Virus record (IMG/VR): IMGVR_UViG_3300032304_000649
DNA length: 64,000 bases
From: an uncultured virus (IMG/VR IMGVR_UViG_3300032304_000649)
Taxonomy: Duplodnaviria > Heunggongvirae > Uroviricota > Caudoviricetes
Direction: 5' to 3' (one strand)
Below are positions 37,390-47,988 of this stretch, one piece after another; position 1 is the stretch's first letter; each line of letters opens with the position of its first letter. Under the pieces are notes generated by a model. The model searched no databases. It was not told the origin of the DNA and saw only the letters and a program-made list of their open reading frames with translations. The position numbers and the translations under genes are program-made.

Positions 37390-38001
37390 ATGCCAGTCTA
37401 CCTTGATACTCGAGGTAATTCAGTACTGTCTGTGGCGATCTGTGATCGCTGCAGCAGGAAGTTTGCGTATACAGATTTAATGCCCGATCCAAATTTTCCT
37501 GGTATGCGGGTATGTGCAGCAGATAGAGATAATTTTGACCCCTGGAGATTACCAGCGCGTCAAACAGAAAACATTGCGTTGCGTTTCCCACGCCCAGATG
37601 TATCTGTGGCAACCGGACCAAACTTGCTTAATACACAAGGTAACGCCAACGATCCGCAGCAATACGATAACTTTACCTTAGAAGGCATTTTACCAGCCGC
37701 AGCTGCTCAAGGTAATTTGAACACCATGAGTGGCACCGCCGCGCCCGTGCGCGCGTCTGTCAGTGAGATTACTCCAAACAGCGGATCAAGAGCTGGTGGT
37801 TACACTGCAATAATTGGTGGCGATAACTTTAGAAATGTGTCTAACGTATTAATTGGTGGCGTGCCTGCCAGTTTTACAGTAATTGATCCCAATAATATTA
37901 GTGTTACAATACCAGCGTATGGTGTGTCAAGCAGTGTAGACGTTATTGTTACGACAAATGTTGATTCGGCGATTGCTTTAAACCTATTTACATATACTTA
38001 A
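37390..38001 (+). CDS. Cys-motif protein with an IPT/TIG Ig-like domain
   Basis: AICDRC..RVC; C-terminal ITPNSGSRAGG..IGGDNF..VLIGG..ISVTIP. Confidence 0.7.
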   Translation: MPVYLDTRGNSVLSVAICDRCSRKFAYTDLMPDPNFPGMRVCAADRDNFDPWRLPARQTENIALRFPRPDVSVATGPNLLNTQGNANDPQQYDNFTLEGILPAAAAQGNLNTMSGTAAPVRASVSEITPNSGSRAGGYTAIIGGDNFRNVSNVLIGGVPASFTVIDPNNISVTIPAYGVSSSVDVIVTTNVDSAIALNLFTYT

Positions 38002-38006
38002 AATAA

Positions 38007-39596
38007 ATGGCTAATCAACCGATAACAAGACTGCCAGTAGCGACAGCACTGACCGGTAACGAAGTTACGGTTGTTGTCCAAAACGGCGTAACCAAACAAA
38101 CACAACTCCAAGATATTTCTAATCTTGGTGGCCCAACTGGACCCACTGGCCCGCAAGGCGCCCCCGGCCCGACAGGCCCAACAGGCCCCACCGGGGCAAC
38201 TGGACCAACGTCTACGGTGCCTGGACCGACAGGTTCTACTGGACCACAAGGCCCAACTGGCCCAACTGGCTGGACTGGCCCACAAGGTCCAACTGGCCCA
38301 ACTGGCGATACTGGGCCGACCGGCCCAACCGGAGACACCGGACCGACTGGTCCCACTGGTTGGACTGGACCACAAGGTCCCCAAGGAATACAAGGACCCA
38401 CCGGCCCGATTGGACCACTAGGCCCAACTGGCGACACCGGACCGATTGGCCCGACTGGTGACACTGGACCACTGGGCCCGACTGGCCCACAAGGAATACA
38501 GGGACCGACTGGTCCAACAGGATGGACTGGCCCACAAGGAATACAGGGACCGACTGGTGACACAGGCCCGCAAGGCATACAAGGTCCGACAGGACCAACT
38601 GGAGATATTGGGCCGACCGGTGACACGGGACCACAAGGACCCACCGGACCGCAAGGAATACAAGGACCCACCGGTCCGACAGGTTGGACTGGACCACAGG
38701 GCATACAAGGACCCACTGGAGCGACAGGCCCACAGGGCTCGTCGTCTAGCTTGTTCCTGTATATGGCAAACACTGGTTCGACAAGCGGTGACCCAGGTGC
38801 TGGATTTATTTTGTGGAACAACTCTGCGCAGACAAGTTCGACACAGATTAATATCCACCACCTAACAGATAATAATATCGACATTGATATTTTCTTAGCG
38901 ACGCTAGTAAATACCGAGGTCATCACAATCCAAGATCAAACTGTAAGTGGAAACTTTCAGACTTGGACGATTAATGGCACACCAACCAATGTCAACCCAA
39001 ATACGGCGAATAGCTACTGGACGGTACCAGTAACTATTACGGCGTCGGGCGGAACTGGCGCGTCAAACTTTGCAAACAATTTGCCGTTGTTCTTGGCGAT
39101 TGTTAGCGGTGCGCAAGGACCCACTGGACCACAAGGACCAACCGGACCCACCGGACCACAAGGACCAACCGGACCGCAAGGTATTCAAGGACCGACAGGC
39201 CCGACAGGATGGACCGGGCCACAAGGCATCCAAGGTCCCACAGGAGACACCGGACCACAAGGTATCCAAGGACCGACAGGCCCAACTGGACCACAGGGCC
39301 CAACGGGGGACACTGGACCACAAGGTCCGACTGGACCTCAAGGCATACAAGGGCCAACCGGCCCAACTGGCTGGACTGGACCGATTGGCCCAACTGGCGA
39401 TACTGGACCGACAGGACCAACGACTTACCCAGCAGCTGGCGTGGCAGTATCTACTGGCACAGCGTGGGGTACGTCATTAGTGGCAGCAAGCGCTAACACC
39501 GCAAGCGCGCTGGTACAGCGCGATACCAACGGTAACTTTAGCGCTGGTACAATAACCGCAACGGCATACATTGGAGTGAGTGGCGGTACATTTTAA
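38007..39596 (+). CDS. Collagen-like (GPT/GPQ repeat) fibre protein
   Basis: Two long Gly-X-Y tracts separated by a globular domain. Confidence 0.92.
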   Translation: MANQPITRLPVATALTGNEVTVVVQNGVTKQTQLQDISNLGGPTGPTGPQGAPGPTGPTGPTGATGPTSTVPGPTGSTGPQGPTGPTGWTGPQGPTGPTGDTGPTGPTGDTGPTGPTGWTGPQGPQGIQGPTGPIGPLGPTGDTGPIGPTGDTGPLGPTGPQGIQGPTGPTGWTGPQGIQGPTGDTGPQGIQGPTGPTGDIGPTGDTGPQGPTGPQGIQGPTGPTGWTGPQGIQGPTGATGPQGSSSSLFLYMANTGSTSGDPGAGFILWNNSAQTSSTQINIHHLTDNNIDIDIFLATLVNTEVITIQDQTVSGNFQTWTINGTPTNVNPNTANSYWTVPVTITASGGTGASNFANNLPLFLAIVSGAQGPTGPQGPTGPTGPQGPTGPQGIQGPTGPTGWTGPQGIQGPTGDTGPQGIQGPTGPTGPQGPTGDTGPQGPTGPQGIQGPTGPTGWTGPIGPTGDTGPTGPTTYPAAGVAVSTGTAWGTSLVAASANTASALVQRDTNGNFSAGTITATAYIGVSGGTF

Positions 39597-39609
39597 TTAG
39601 GGGTAGCAC

Positions 39610-40653
39610 ATGAAAATCGCCGTATATGCGATTAGCAAAAATGAAGAGCAGTTTGTAAAAACATTCTGCGAGTCCAGTAAGTTAGCCGATTATATTATGA
39701 TCGCCGACACTGGTTCTACGGATGGTACGGTCGAGGAGGCTAAAAAGTATGGGGCTGTTGTTCATAGCATTTGCATTTCTCCTTGGCGCTTCGATCATGC
39801 TCGGAATGCCGCTTTGGCACTACTTCCCGCAGACATCGACGTTTGCATATCGCTAGACTTAGACGAGCAGTTAGAGCCAGGCTGGCGTGAAGAATTAGAG
39901 CGTCTCTGGACACCAGAGACTACCAGACTCAGTTATAAGTTTGACTGGGGACACGGTAAAGTGTTTTACAGTACGAAGGTACACACCCGCAAGGGTTACC
40001 ACTGGCATCATCCCTGCCACGAGTACATTAGGCCAGATCATCGGACCAAAGAAGTGTTTGCGTATAGTGAGATGTTGATGATTACGCATCATCCTGACGA
40101 AACAAAGTCACGAGGCCAGTACTTAGATCTGCTGGAGATGTCGGTCAAAGAAGACCCAAGCTGTCCACGTAATGCGTTTTATTATGCTAGGGAGTTAACG
40201 TACTACCAGAAATGGAACGATGCAATTGTGGCACTGCAAAAGTATTTAGCGATGCCAGAGGCGACGTGGAACAACGAGCGTGCATACGCCATGAGGTTAA
40301 TCGGTAACTGCTACGACAACCTTGGACATGACGGCATCGGTTGGTACCGTCGTGCGGTGTCAGAAGATCCGGGCGTGCGTGAGACGTGGTGTGAGTTAGC
40401 ACAGGCGTGCTACAGAAAAGGATTATGGGAGGAGTGTTACGGCGCGGCATGTAACGCACTCAAGCTGACAGAGTGTACATTCACATACACAATCGACGCA
40501 AACAACTGGAAGGCAAGACCGCACGACTTGGCGGCAATTGCAGCGTACAGGTTAGGATTTAAAGAAGAAGCAATTAAGCACGGCACTAACGCCTTGGAGT
40601 TTGAACCCAATAACGAGAGATTAATAAAAAACCTCGAGTATTATAAGGAATAA
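39610..40653 (+). CDS. Glycosyltransferase family 2 with TPR-like C-terminus
   Basis: ISKNEEQ..DTGSTDGT..RFDHARN..SLDLDE; helical repeats. Confidence 0.88.
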   Translation: MKIAVYAISKNEEQFVKTFCESSKLADYIMIADTGSTDGTVEEAKKYGAVVHSICISPWRFDHARNAALALLPADIDVCISLDLDEQLEPGWREELERLWTPETTRLSYKFDWGHGKVFYSTKVHTRKGYHWHHPCHEYIRPDHRTKEVFAYSEMLMITHHPDETKSRGQYLDLLEMSVKEDPSCPRNAFYYARELTYYQKWNDAIVALQKYLAMPEATWNNERAYAMRLIGNCYDNLGHDGIGWYRRAVSEDPGVRETWCELAQACYRKGLWEECYGAACNALKLTECTFTYTIDANNWKARPHDLAAIAAYRLGFKEEAIKHGTNALEFEPNNERLIKNLEYYKE

Positions 40654-40655
40654 AT

Positions 40656-41516
40656 ATGGCACAGGCAGGTTTTACACCGATCAGTTTATACTACAGCACT
40701 ACTGCGAGTGCTGTGCCGACCGCTGGCAACCTGGTTCCTGGCGAGTTAGCAATAAACATTAACGACGGCAAGCTGTACTTTGAAAACAGTTCCGGCGTTG
40801 TTACATTACTGGCGCAGAGCAGCGCGTCGTCCCCTGTCACATCTATCTCGTTTGGCACGACAGGATTAACACCCTCTACGGCAACGTCGGGCGCGGTAAC
40901 TGTCGCCGGCACGTTAGTTGTTGGTAACGGCGGTACGGGTCTAACTTCTCTAACAACTGGCCGCATACCTTACGGCGCTAATACCGCCGCGTTTGGTAAC
41001 TCTGCAAATCTGTTCTTTGACAGCGCAAATACACGATTAGGTGTTGGCACATCATCGCCAGCCGTAACGGCCTCGTTGGTTGGTATTGACGCGATGTTAA
41101 TCCCCAAGGGCGCAACAGGCGATCGGCCAGCTGGCGTGTCTGGTTATTTGCGCTTTAACACAACGACAAGCGAGTTTGAGGGATACAACGGCACGGCGTG
41201 GGCTTCGGTTGGTGGCGCGGCGTTAAGTAACGACACTACAACTTCAACTAATATTTATCCGTTATCTGCCGCGGCAACAAGTGGCACGGCAGCAACACTC
41301 TACACATCGAACGCTAAGTTTTTATATAAGCCAAGTACTGGCGAACTACAGGCTAGTGCAGTAGTTGCCAGCAACGGTATTTTTGTAAACAGTCAAACAG
41401 TAGCTACTAGCTACACCATTGCTGCAGGAAATTCAGGAATGTCTTCTGGTCCAGTCACCGTAGCAAGCGGACAATCAGTAACCGTCGCCAGCGGAGCTCG
41501 CTGGGTAGTTCTATAA
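40656..41516 (+). CDS. Tail fibre-associated protein
   Basis: GELAININDGKLYF; LRFNTTTSEFEGYNGTAW. Confidence 0.75.
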   Translation: MAQAGFTPISLYYSTTASAVPTAGNLVPGELAININDGKLYFENSSGVVTLLAQSSASSPVTSISFGTTGLTPSTATSGAVTVAGTLVVGNGGTGLTSLTTGRIPYGANTAAFGNSANLFFDSANTRLGVGTSSPAVTASLVGIDAMLIPKGATGDRPAGVSGYLRFNTTTSEFEGYNGTAWASVGGAALSNDTTTSTNIYPLSAAATSGTAATLYTSNAKFLYKPSTGELQASAVVASNGIFVNSQTVATSYTIAAGNSGMSSGPVTVASGQSVTVASGARWVVL

Positions 41517-41525
41517 GGAAATAAT

Positions 41526-42923
41526 ATGGCAAGCATAGTCGTAACAGGCGATACATCAGGTGCAATAACTATTGCTGCCCCAGCGGTAGCAGGAACAAAC
41601 ACCCTAACCTTACCCGCAAGCACAGGAACCCTAGTCGTTACTGGTGGAGCGCAGACTATTGAGTTTGCAGACGGCTCTGCTTCTGCTCCTTCAATTACGA
41701 ACTCAGGCGATACCAACACAGGTATGTTCTTCCCAGCAGCCGACACTATTGCCTTTACAGAAGGTGGTACTGAGTCAATGCGTATTGACTCTAGTGGTCG
41801 AGTTGGTATTGGTACAACTTCGCCAACGCAACAATTAGATGTTACAGCAACAAGTTCTGCAACCTCAATTATTGTTGCCCAAAACACAACAGCAACTAGT
41901 GGTGGCGCACAACTAAGGGCTGGTAATCCGCAAAACCTTTTTATCATTGGTACTGATAGCAATGCTGGTGGATTAACTGGAACAGCAAACTCAAGTTTTC
42001 TTTACACATCTAGCACATCTCCGATTGTTTTTCTGCCAAACGCTACAGAACGGATGCGTATTGACTCTAGTGGTAATGTAGGTATTGGTGCCAGTCCTAG
42101 TTTTCAATTAGATGTTGTTAGAGCATCGGCATCTACACCACAAGTTAGAGTTCAAAATACAACAACAACATCACAAACTGTTAGCTTAACAGCAGCAAAT
42201 GATGCTGGAACAAGTGTTGGAATGGGTGTTTTTGGTTCTGCTGCTGGTACTGCTGGAATGATTGGTGCTGGTGCTCCTATTATTGGAACTGCAGCAACTG
42301 AATTAAATATATATGCTAACAACGGAAGTGGTGTTATTAAGTTTGCTACTGGCGGCTTAACAGAACGGATGCGTATTGACTCTAGTGGTAATTTGTTGGT
42401 TGGTACTACAAATTCAAGCGGTCAAGCAGGTATAGGTTTTAAAGTAATCCCATCCGCAACATATCCACAATTAAGTATGGTTGGCTCTGCAACAACAAAC
42501 GCAGCCACAACTTTAGAGATGTATTCTACTGGTGCTGCTGCTTATCGTTTTTATGTTGGCTATGGTGGAACTGTTTTTGCTACAAATACAACCATTTCTG
42601 CAATTTCAGACCAGCGTTTAAAAGAAAACATTGTTGATTTAGATGATGGTCTTGATTCATTAATGGCACTAAAGCCACGCAAGTTTGATTGGAAAGAAGG
42701 CAAAGGCAAAGACATTAAAGGCGATAGAGGGTTTATCGCTCAGGAATTTGAAACTGTATTTCCTGATCTTGTTGATGAATGGAAAGACCCAGCACCTGAA
42801 GGCGAAGAGCCATACAAATCTGTTCGTGCTGACTTAATTCCTGTGTTGGTAAAAGCAATCCAAGAACAACAGCAAATCATCAACGACCTCAAAGCCCGCA
42901 TAGAAACTTTGGAGAACACATAA
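41526..42923 (+). CDS. Tail fibre with C-terminal S74-type auto-chaperone
   Basis: Three MRIDSSG repeats; SDQRLKENI..GFIAQE..LVKAIQEQ. Confidence 0.85.
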   Translation: MASIVVTGDTSGAITIAAPAVAGTNTLTLPASTGTLVVTGGAQTIEFADGSASAPSITNSGDTNTGMFFPAADTIAFTEGGTESMRIDSSGRVGIGTTSPTQQLDVTATSSATSIIVAQNTTATSGGAQLRAGNPQNLFIIGTDSNAGGLTGTANSSFLYTSSTSPIVFLPNATERMRIDSSGNVGIGASPSFQLDVVRASASTPQVRVQNTTTTSQTVSLTAANDAGTSVGMGVFGSAAGTAGMIGAGAPIIGTAATELNIYANNGSGVIKFATGGLTERMRIDSSGNLLVGTTNSSGQAGIGFKVIPSATYPQLSMVGSATTNAATTLEMYSTGAAAYRFYVGYGGTVFATNTTISAISDQRLKENIVDLDDGLDSLMALKPRKFDWKEGKGKDIKGDRGFIAQEFETVFPDLVDEWKDPAPEGEEPYKSVRADLIPVLVKAIQEQQQIINDLKARIETLENT

Positions 42924-43780
42924 TGGCTTCTGTAATTTCGGCTGGAACAACATCTGGCACATCACTAAACCTATCTGCTGATACGTCAGGCGTACTGCAA
43001 CTCGCCACCAACGGCACAACCACGGCTGTAACGATTGATACATCACAGAACGTGGGGATTGGTACTGCTAATCCTAGTAGAAAGTTGACTGTTAGTAACC
43101 CTTCAGCTACAAGCACAACACTATTAGCAAATATATTGACAAGGCTTGAATCAAACGGTAGCGGTGCGGATTGTTCACTTCAATTTTCTGACATCGTAAC
43201 AAATTCCGCTGGTATCTCAATGAACCAAGGCAATTTAGTAACTACGATTGCTGGCGGTGAAGTAATGCGTGTTAACACTTCTGGTACTGTTAGATTTATT
43301 TCTGCAATCGGTGTAGGTAACGCAACACCAACTACATCAGGTGCAGGCATTACATTCCCAGCAACCCAATCCGCATCGTCTGACGCTAATTGCCTAGATG
43401 ATTATGAGGAGGGTACTTTTACTCCAGTTTTAGTTCCAGGTTCAGGGTCAATTACAACTCAAAGGGCTTACGGCTATTACACAAAAATAGGAAATAGCGT
43501 TACTGTTCTTTTTGCCGTGTCAATAGATAATGGTGGAACTGCTAGTGGTGTTGGTACTTTAACTGGTTTACCTTTTACATCACAATCTGTCACTCCTTCT
43601 ATTGCTGGAAATCGTGCTGGCACTTGCGCAGCTAGAGAAGATGGTTTAACAGGAAATTGGTATTTTGGGTATGTTCTTTCTAACACTACACAGATGGTAC
43701 TTTCAACATCAACAAATGGCGCATTAAGTTACACCAATACTTCTGCTTATGTTGCAAGTTTTGTATATCGAACAGCTTAA
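42923..43780 (+). CDS. Tail fibre-like protein
   Basis: LDDYEEGTFTP..YTKIGN..GLPF. Confidence 0.75.
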   Translation: MASVISAGTTSGTSLNLSADTSGVLQLATNGTTTAVTIDTSQNVGIGTANPSRKLTVSNPSATSTTLLANILTRLESNGSGADCSLQFSDIVTNSAGISMNQGNLVTTIAGGEVMRVNTSGTVRFISAIGVGNATPTTSGAGITFPATQSASSDANCLDDYEEGTFTPVLVPGSGSITTQRAYGYYTKIGNSVTVLFAVSIDNGGTASGVGTLTGLPFTSQSVTPSIAGNRAGTCAAREDGLTGNWYFGYVLSNTTQMVLSTSTNGALSYTNTSAYVASFVYRTA

Positions 43781-43827
43781 TTAACTAACTTGGATTGAGT
43801 TAGTCGGACACTTAAAGGAGATTTAAA

Positions 43828-44082
43828 ATGGCATTAACAAAAGAAGTAGCAGTAGACCAAATTACCATCACCGATAACGGCATCGTGCTGTATCGTGAAG
43901 CTACACGCATTATGGAAGATGGCAATCAATTAAGCCAAACTTACCACCGTACCTCATTAACACCAGGACAAGACCTCGCTGGTCAGCCTGAGAAAGTCGT
44001 AGCCATCTGCCAAGTAGCTTGGACACCCGAAGTAATCGCAGCATACGCAGCACAGCAAGAAGCCAATAAGTTAGGAGCGTAA
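43828..44082 (+). CDS. Small fibre-associated protein
   Basis: 84 aa, AAGGAG RBS. Confidence 0.65.
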   Translation: MALTKEVAVDQITITDNGIVLYREATRIMEDGNQLSQTYHRTSLTPGQDLAGQPEKVVAICQVAWTPEVIAAYAAQQEANKLGA

Positions 44083-44083
44083 T

Positions 44084-45685
44084 ATGCCAGTCGTAATTAA
44101 CGGTTCTACAGGAATCACATCTCCAGGTGGCGACACCAGCGCAGCCGACAATACTATAAACGGGATAACTGTTGGTAAGGGTGGTGGTGCTGTTTCAAGT
44201 AATACTGCTATTGGTGCAAGTGCGTTAGCGGTAAATACTACTGGTAATAATAATACTGCTGTTGGTACACAAGCTGGTAATGCACAAATTACTGGTGCAT
44301 CCCTTACTGCCGTTGGTTATCAAGCTGCAAGGCTTACAACTGTTGGGCAAGTTTCTGCTTTTGGAGATAGGTCTTTAAGAGATAATACAACTGGTAGCAA
44401 TCTTGCTTCTTTTGGTTACGCATCTTTGCTATTAAACACTACAGGCTCATACAATTCCGCATTTGGTGACCAAGCATTATTCAGCAACACCACCGCATCT
44501 AACAATACAGCAGTAGGTTATCAGGCATTAACAGCAAACACAACAGGCGATACATTGACTGCTGTTGGTTACAGGGCTTTAGATGCTAATACAACTGGAT
44601 TTAACAACACAGCAGTTGGAAACAATTCTTTAGGTGGCAACACTACTGGTATTTATAACACCGCAACTGGCGATACATCTTTATTCACAAATACTACTGG
44701 CACACGAAATACTGCTTTTGGTAACGATGCTCTTTACTCTAACAATACCGCCTCTTTTAATACCGCAGTAGGATATCAGGCTTTATACGCAAATACGTCT
44801 GGTCAGTACAACACAACAATCGGTTATTTTGCTGGTAAAAACAATACGACTGGTTCGGTAACTGCTGTTGGTGGTTTTGCTCTTGCTCTTAATACGACTG
44901 GCACACGAAACGTAGCCGTTGGTGGTAATGATGGAGCTGGAACTGATGCAGCTTTATATACAAATACTACGGGCAGCTATAACACAGCAGTTGGTGTTGG
45001 CGCATTAAAATCTAGCAATTCTTCCTACAACACCGCTTATGGTGCTAACGCTGGCGGCGCAGTAACAACAGGAAACGAAAACACATTTGTAGGTTATTTT
45101 GCTGGGGCATCACTTACAACAGGGCTTAAAAACTTATTTATTGGTGGTGCGCAAGGTAGTGGTTCTGGTGGCTTAATAACAACTGGCTCAAGCAATGTGG
45201 TTATTGGTTCTTTTTCAGGCAACCAAGGCGGTCTAGACATCCGTACAGCAAATAACAACATCATTCTTTCCGATGGAGATGGTACTTGGAGATTGCGTTT
45301 AGATGGCACTTGCAAAATTCCATCGGTTTATGACAACACTACAGCAAATGCCGCCAATACTCATGTGTTTTCGGATGGTTCAATTTATCGTTCTACATCA
45401 GCTCTTAAATACAAGCAAGACATTCGTGAATTGCCATCTATTGATGTAAATAAATTTAGACCAGTAGTGTATAAATCTAAGGCTGACAAAGATGACCAAA
45501 CCAAAGACCATTTCGGTATTATTGCTGATGAAGTAGATGCCGCTGGTATCAAAGAATTGGTTACATACGGAGCAGATGGCGAAGTAGAAGGTTTCCAATA
45601 TGAACGCTTAACTGTAGTTCTCTTAAAAGCAGTTCAAGAACTAAAAGCAGAAGTAGATTCACTAAAAGCACAACTTAACAAATAG
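44084..45685 (+). CDS. Beta-helix repeat fibre with S74-type chaperone
   Basis: NTTG..NTAVG repeats; TSALKYKQDI..GIIADEV. Confidence 0.85.
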   Translation: MPVVINGSTGITSPGGDTSAADNTINGITVGKGGGAVSSNTAIGASALAVNTTGNNNTAVGTQAGNAQITGASLTAVGYQAARLTTVGQVSAFGDRSLRDNTTGSNLASFGYASLLLNTTGSYNSAFGDQALFSNTTASNNTAVGYQALTANTTGDTLTAVGYRALDANTTGFNNTAVGNNSLGGNTTGIYNTATGDTSLFTNTTGTRNTAFGNDALYSNNTASFNTAVGYQALYANTSGQYNTTIGYFAGKNNTTGSVTAVGGFALALNTTGTRNVAVGGNDGAGTDAALYTNTTGSYNTAVGVGALKSSNSSYNTAYGANAGGAVTTGNENTFVGYFAGASLTTGLKNLFIGGAQGSGSGGLITTGSSNVVIGSFSGNQGGLDIRTANNNIILSDGDGTWRLRLDGTCKIPSVYDNTTANAANTHVFSDGSIYRSTSALKYKQDIRELPSIDVNKFRPVVYKSKADKDDQTKDHFGIIADEVDAAGIKELVTYGADGEVEGFQYERLTVVLLKAVQELKAEVDSLKAQLNK

Positions 45686-45693
45686 GAGTAGAT

Positions 45694-46523
45694 ATGACTG
45701 AAATCACCGCAGAAGAAATTGCTCGCCATTACTCGGCAGCAATGGATTCAGTAAACCTCATTAATGCTGGTAAGCCCGAAGATATGGCTGATGATGAGTG
45801 GGCTGATACTGTTGCTCGCAACAAAGCTCACCTAGTTATTATGCTGGCTAAAGACTTTTGGACAACGGAAGATTTAGCACCACTACAACAGGCCGCACAA
45901 TAATGTCCGACCTAATAGATAAAAACGAAGCCGCGCTATCCGCGCACGAGGCGGTCTGTGCCGAGCGCTACGCCGGCATCAACGCCAGACTAAAACGCAT
46001 CGAGCAGATCCTAGTCGGGTCGGTGGGATTCATTGTGGCGACCATGATCGCCCTACTCATAAAACTACACTAATGGATAATGTCAGACCAATTTGGCTTT
46101 TTAGAAGGAGCAAAATCTCTTGGTAGCACCCTTGACTCCGCGCGCGGGGTCAGCAAGGAGTTATCTACCAGCATCGCCAACGTACAAAAAGAAGCAACCG
46201 ACCTAGCCCAGCAACGCGCCCAAGAGCGCATCAGGGCACAAAAGGTTCACGTCGACCAGACCATACTAAAGGCATTTGACGAGTTCAAAATCATCGAGGA
46301 AGTCAAGCGCCTCGAGCAAAAGATGAAGGCCGAGGTAACACGAAACTACGGCCCCAAGGCGTGGGATGACATACAGGTCATCAAGGCGCGTCTCTTAAAG
46401 GAGAAAAAAGAAAATGAAAAGCTGTTTAACAAAGACCTACACGAAATTAAAAGAGTACAGCTCTATTGCTTTATCGTCGCTGGTGTCATTGCTTGGTACC
46501 TTACGTGGGGTCATAAGGGGTAA
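45694..46523 (+). CDS. Three small genes (45694-45903, 45903-46073 with C-terminal TM, 46080-46523 with C-terminal TM)
   Basis: Coupled ORFs before the lysis genes; HEAVCAERY motif. Confidence 0.6.
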
Positions 46524-46529
46524 AAAATA

Positions 46530-46943
46530 ATGTTCCCGATCACAGCGCTGTTTGACATCGGCACCAAGCTAATTGACAAGCTGATCCCGGACCCAGAGGC
46601 TAAGGCCAAGGCACAACAAGAGCTCATCAAGCTCCAGCAAGAGGGCAAGTTAGCCGAGCTAAACGCCGACAACATTGAGGCACAGGAGCTAACCAAGCGC
46701 CAGCAGGCCGACATGGCAAGCGACTCGTGGCTATCCAAGAACATCCGCCCGATGACACTGATCTTTATACTGATCGTGTACACCATATTCGCCGCCATGA
46801 GCGCCGCAGACATCGAGGTCAACAACAACTACGTTGAGCTCTTGGGTCAGTGGGGCATGCTGATTATGTCATTCTATTTCGGCGGACGCTCGCTGGAGAA
46901 GATCATGGAAATGAAGAAAGGCAAAAGTGAACCTAAGCCCTAA
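46530..46943 (+). CDS. Holin (3TM/GTA-type)
   Basis: KLIPDPEAKA..SDSWLSKNIRP..FYFGGRSLEK. Confidence 0.8.
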   Translation: MFPITALFDIGTKLIDKLIPDPEAKAKAQQELIKLQQEGKLAELNADNIEAQELTKRQQADMASDSWLSKNIRPMTLIFILIVYTIFAAMSAADIEVNNNYVELLGQWGMLIMSFYFGGRSLEKIMEMKKGKSEPKP

Positions 46944-47361
46944 CTTTACACTAGAAGAACTAACCGCCAGCGAGGTGGCACAGCGCAAGGGGCTAGACAA
47001 CACCCCAAACGCCACCGAGACGGCTAACCTAGTACGCACCGCAGAGTTACTAGAACAAGTCAGATCGCTACTTAACAAGCCGATCCTTGTAAACTCAGCG
47101 TTTCGCTCTAAACCAGTTAACGACTCTGTCGGCAGCAAGGACACTAGCCAGCATAGGCTAGGTTGTGCCGCCGATATCAGAGTCCCCGGATTGACCCCCA
47201 AACAGGTCGTACAGGCCTGCATCGATGGAGGAATACCATTTGATCAAATTATCGAAGAGTTTGGCTCCTGGACGCATATCAGCGTGCCAAACACTAAAGA
47301 ACAGCAACCAAGGCGTCAGGCCTTAATTATTGACAAAAACGGTACAAGACCGTACAATTAG
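46927..47361 (+). CDS. Peptidase M15A endolysin
   Basis: LSPNFTLEEL..SAFRS..SQHRLGCAAD..WTHIS. Confidence 0.88.
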   Translation: MNLSPNFTLEELTASEVAQRKGLDNTPNATETANLVRTAELLEQVRSLLNKPILVNSAFRSKPVNDSVGSKDTSQHRLGCAADIRVPGLTPKQVVQACIDGGIPFDQIIEEFGSWTHISVPNTKEQQPRRQALIIDKNGTRPYN

Positions 47362-47380
47362 TCTAAATTAAGGAGACGTT

Positions 47381-47914
47381 ATGCTACGACATCAGTTGGC
47401 GGTATACGCCTGCGCGATCGCGCTTGTTTGGGGAATGTGCTTCCATGATCCCCTGGCTAAATGGGCTATAGCCCACACCCCATTCCAATGGGTTGCGGAC
47501 TCAACCGTTGAGTTAATCGAACACTTTGAAGGAAAACGCTACCGCGCTTATCAGGATGCTGGCGGCTATTGGACAACTGGGGTGGGGCATTTAATACGCC
47601 AAAAAGACACCCATTTGCTTCACAAAGAGCTTTCTGAAGCCGAGGTAATGGGTATCCTACACCGGGACCTAGAAAAGTGCTCTACGGCCCTGGAATCGGC
47701 TTTAAACACTATTCCTAAAAGGCACCAGATTGACGCCCTAATGAGCCTGTGCCACAACATTGGACCTAACAACATTATGCGTTCTGAGGTAGTCAAACAC
47801 CTAAACGATGGTAATGTGCACAAGGCTGGAGATGCGTTCCTTAACTGGAGCACCCCACCAGTACTTAAAAAGCGCCGTCAGATTGAGCGCACATTGTTCT
47901 TAGCAGGGGCGTAA
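47381..47914 (+). CDS. GH24 lysozyme with hydrophobic N-terminus (SAR-like)
   Basis: FEG..AYQDAGGYWTTGVGH (E-D-T triad); RRQIERTLF. Confidence 0.88.
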   Translation: MLRHQLAVYACAIALVWGMCFHDPLAKWAIAHTPFQWVADSTVELIEHFEGKRYRAYQDAGGYWTTGVGHLIRQKDTHLLHKELSEAEVMGILHRDLEKCSTALESALNTIPKRHQIDALMSLCHNIGPNNIMRSEVVKHLNDGNVHKAGDAFLNWSTPPVLKKRRQIERTLFLAGA

Positions 47915-47936
47915 ACCCCTGTATTTTTGCATTAGT
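47907..47936 (+). promoter_or_regulatory. Late promoter GGGCG-N15-TTGCATTAGT
   Basis: Exact motif and spacing. Confidence 0.8.
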
Positions 47937-47988
47937 AGATATAAGGGCTGATCACCCTATTCACCAATAAACCTCGAGGAAATACAAA

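Noticed and set aside
38015..39496. Long antisense and alternative-frame ORFs over the collagen gene
   Set aside because: They are by-products of Gly-Pro-X codon periodicity.
41760..42395. Repeated ATGCGTATTGACTCTAGTGGT as a DGR template/variable repeat
   Set aside because: These are in-frame MRIDSSG fibre repeats. No reverse transcriptase or adenine-specific mismatch pattern is seen.
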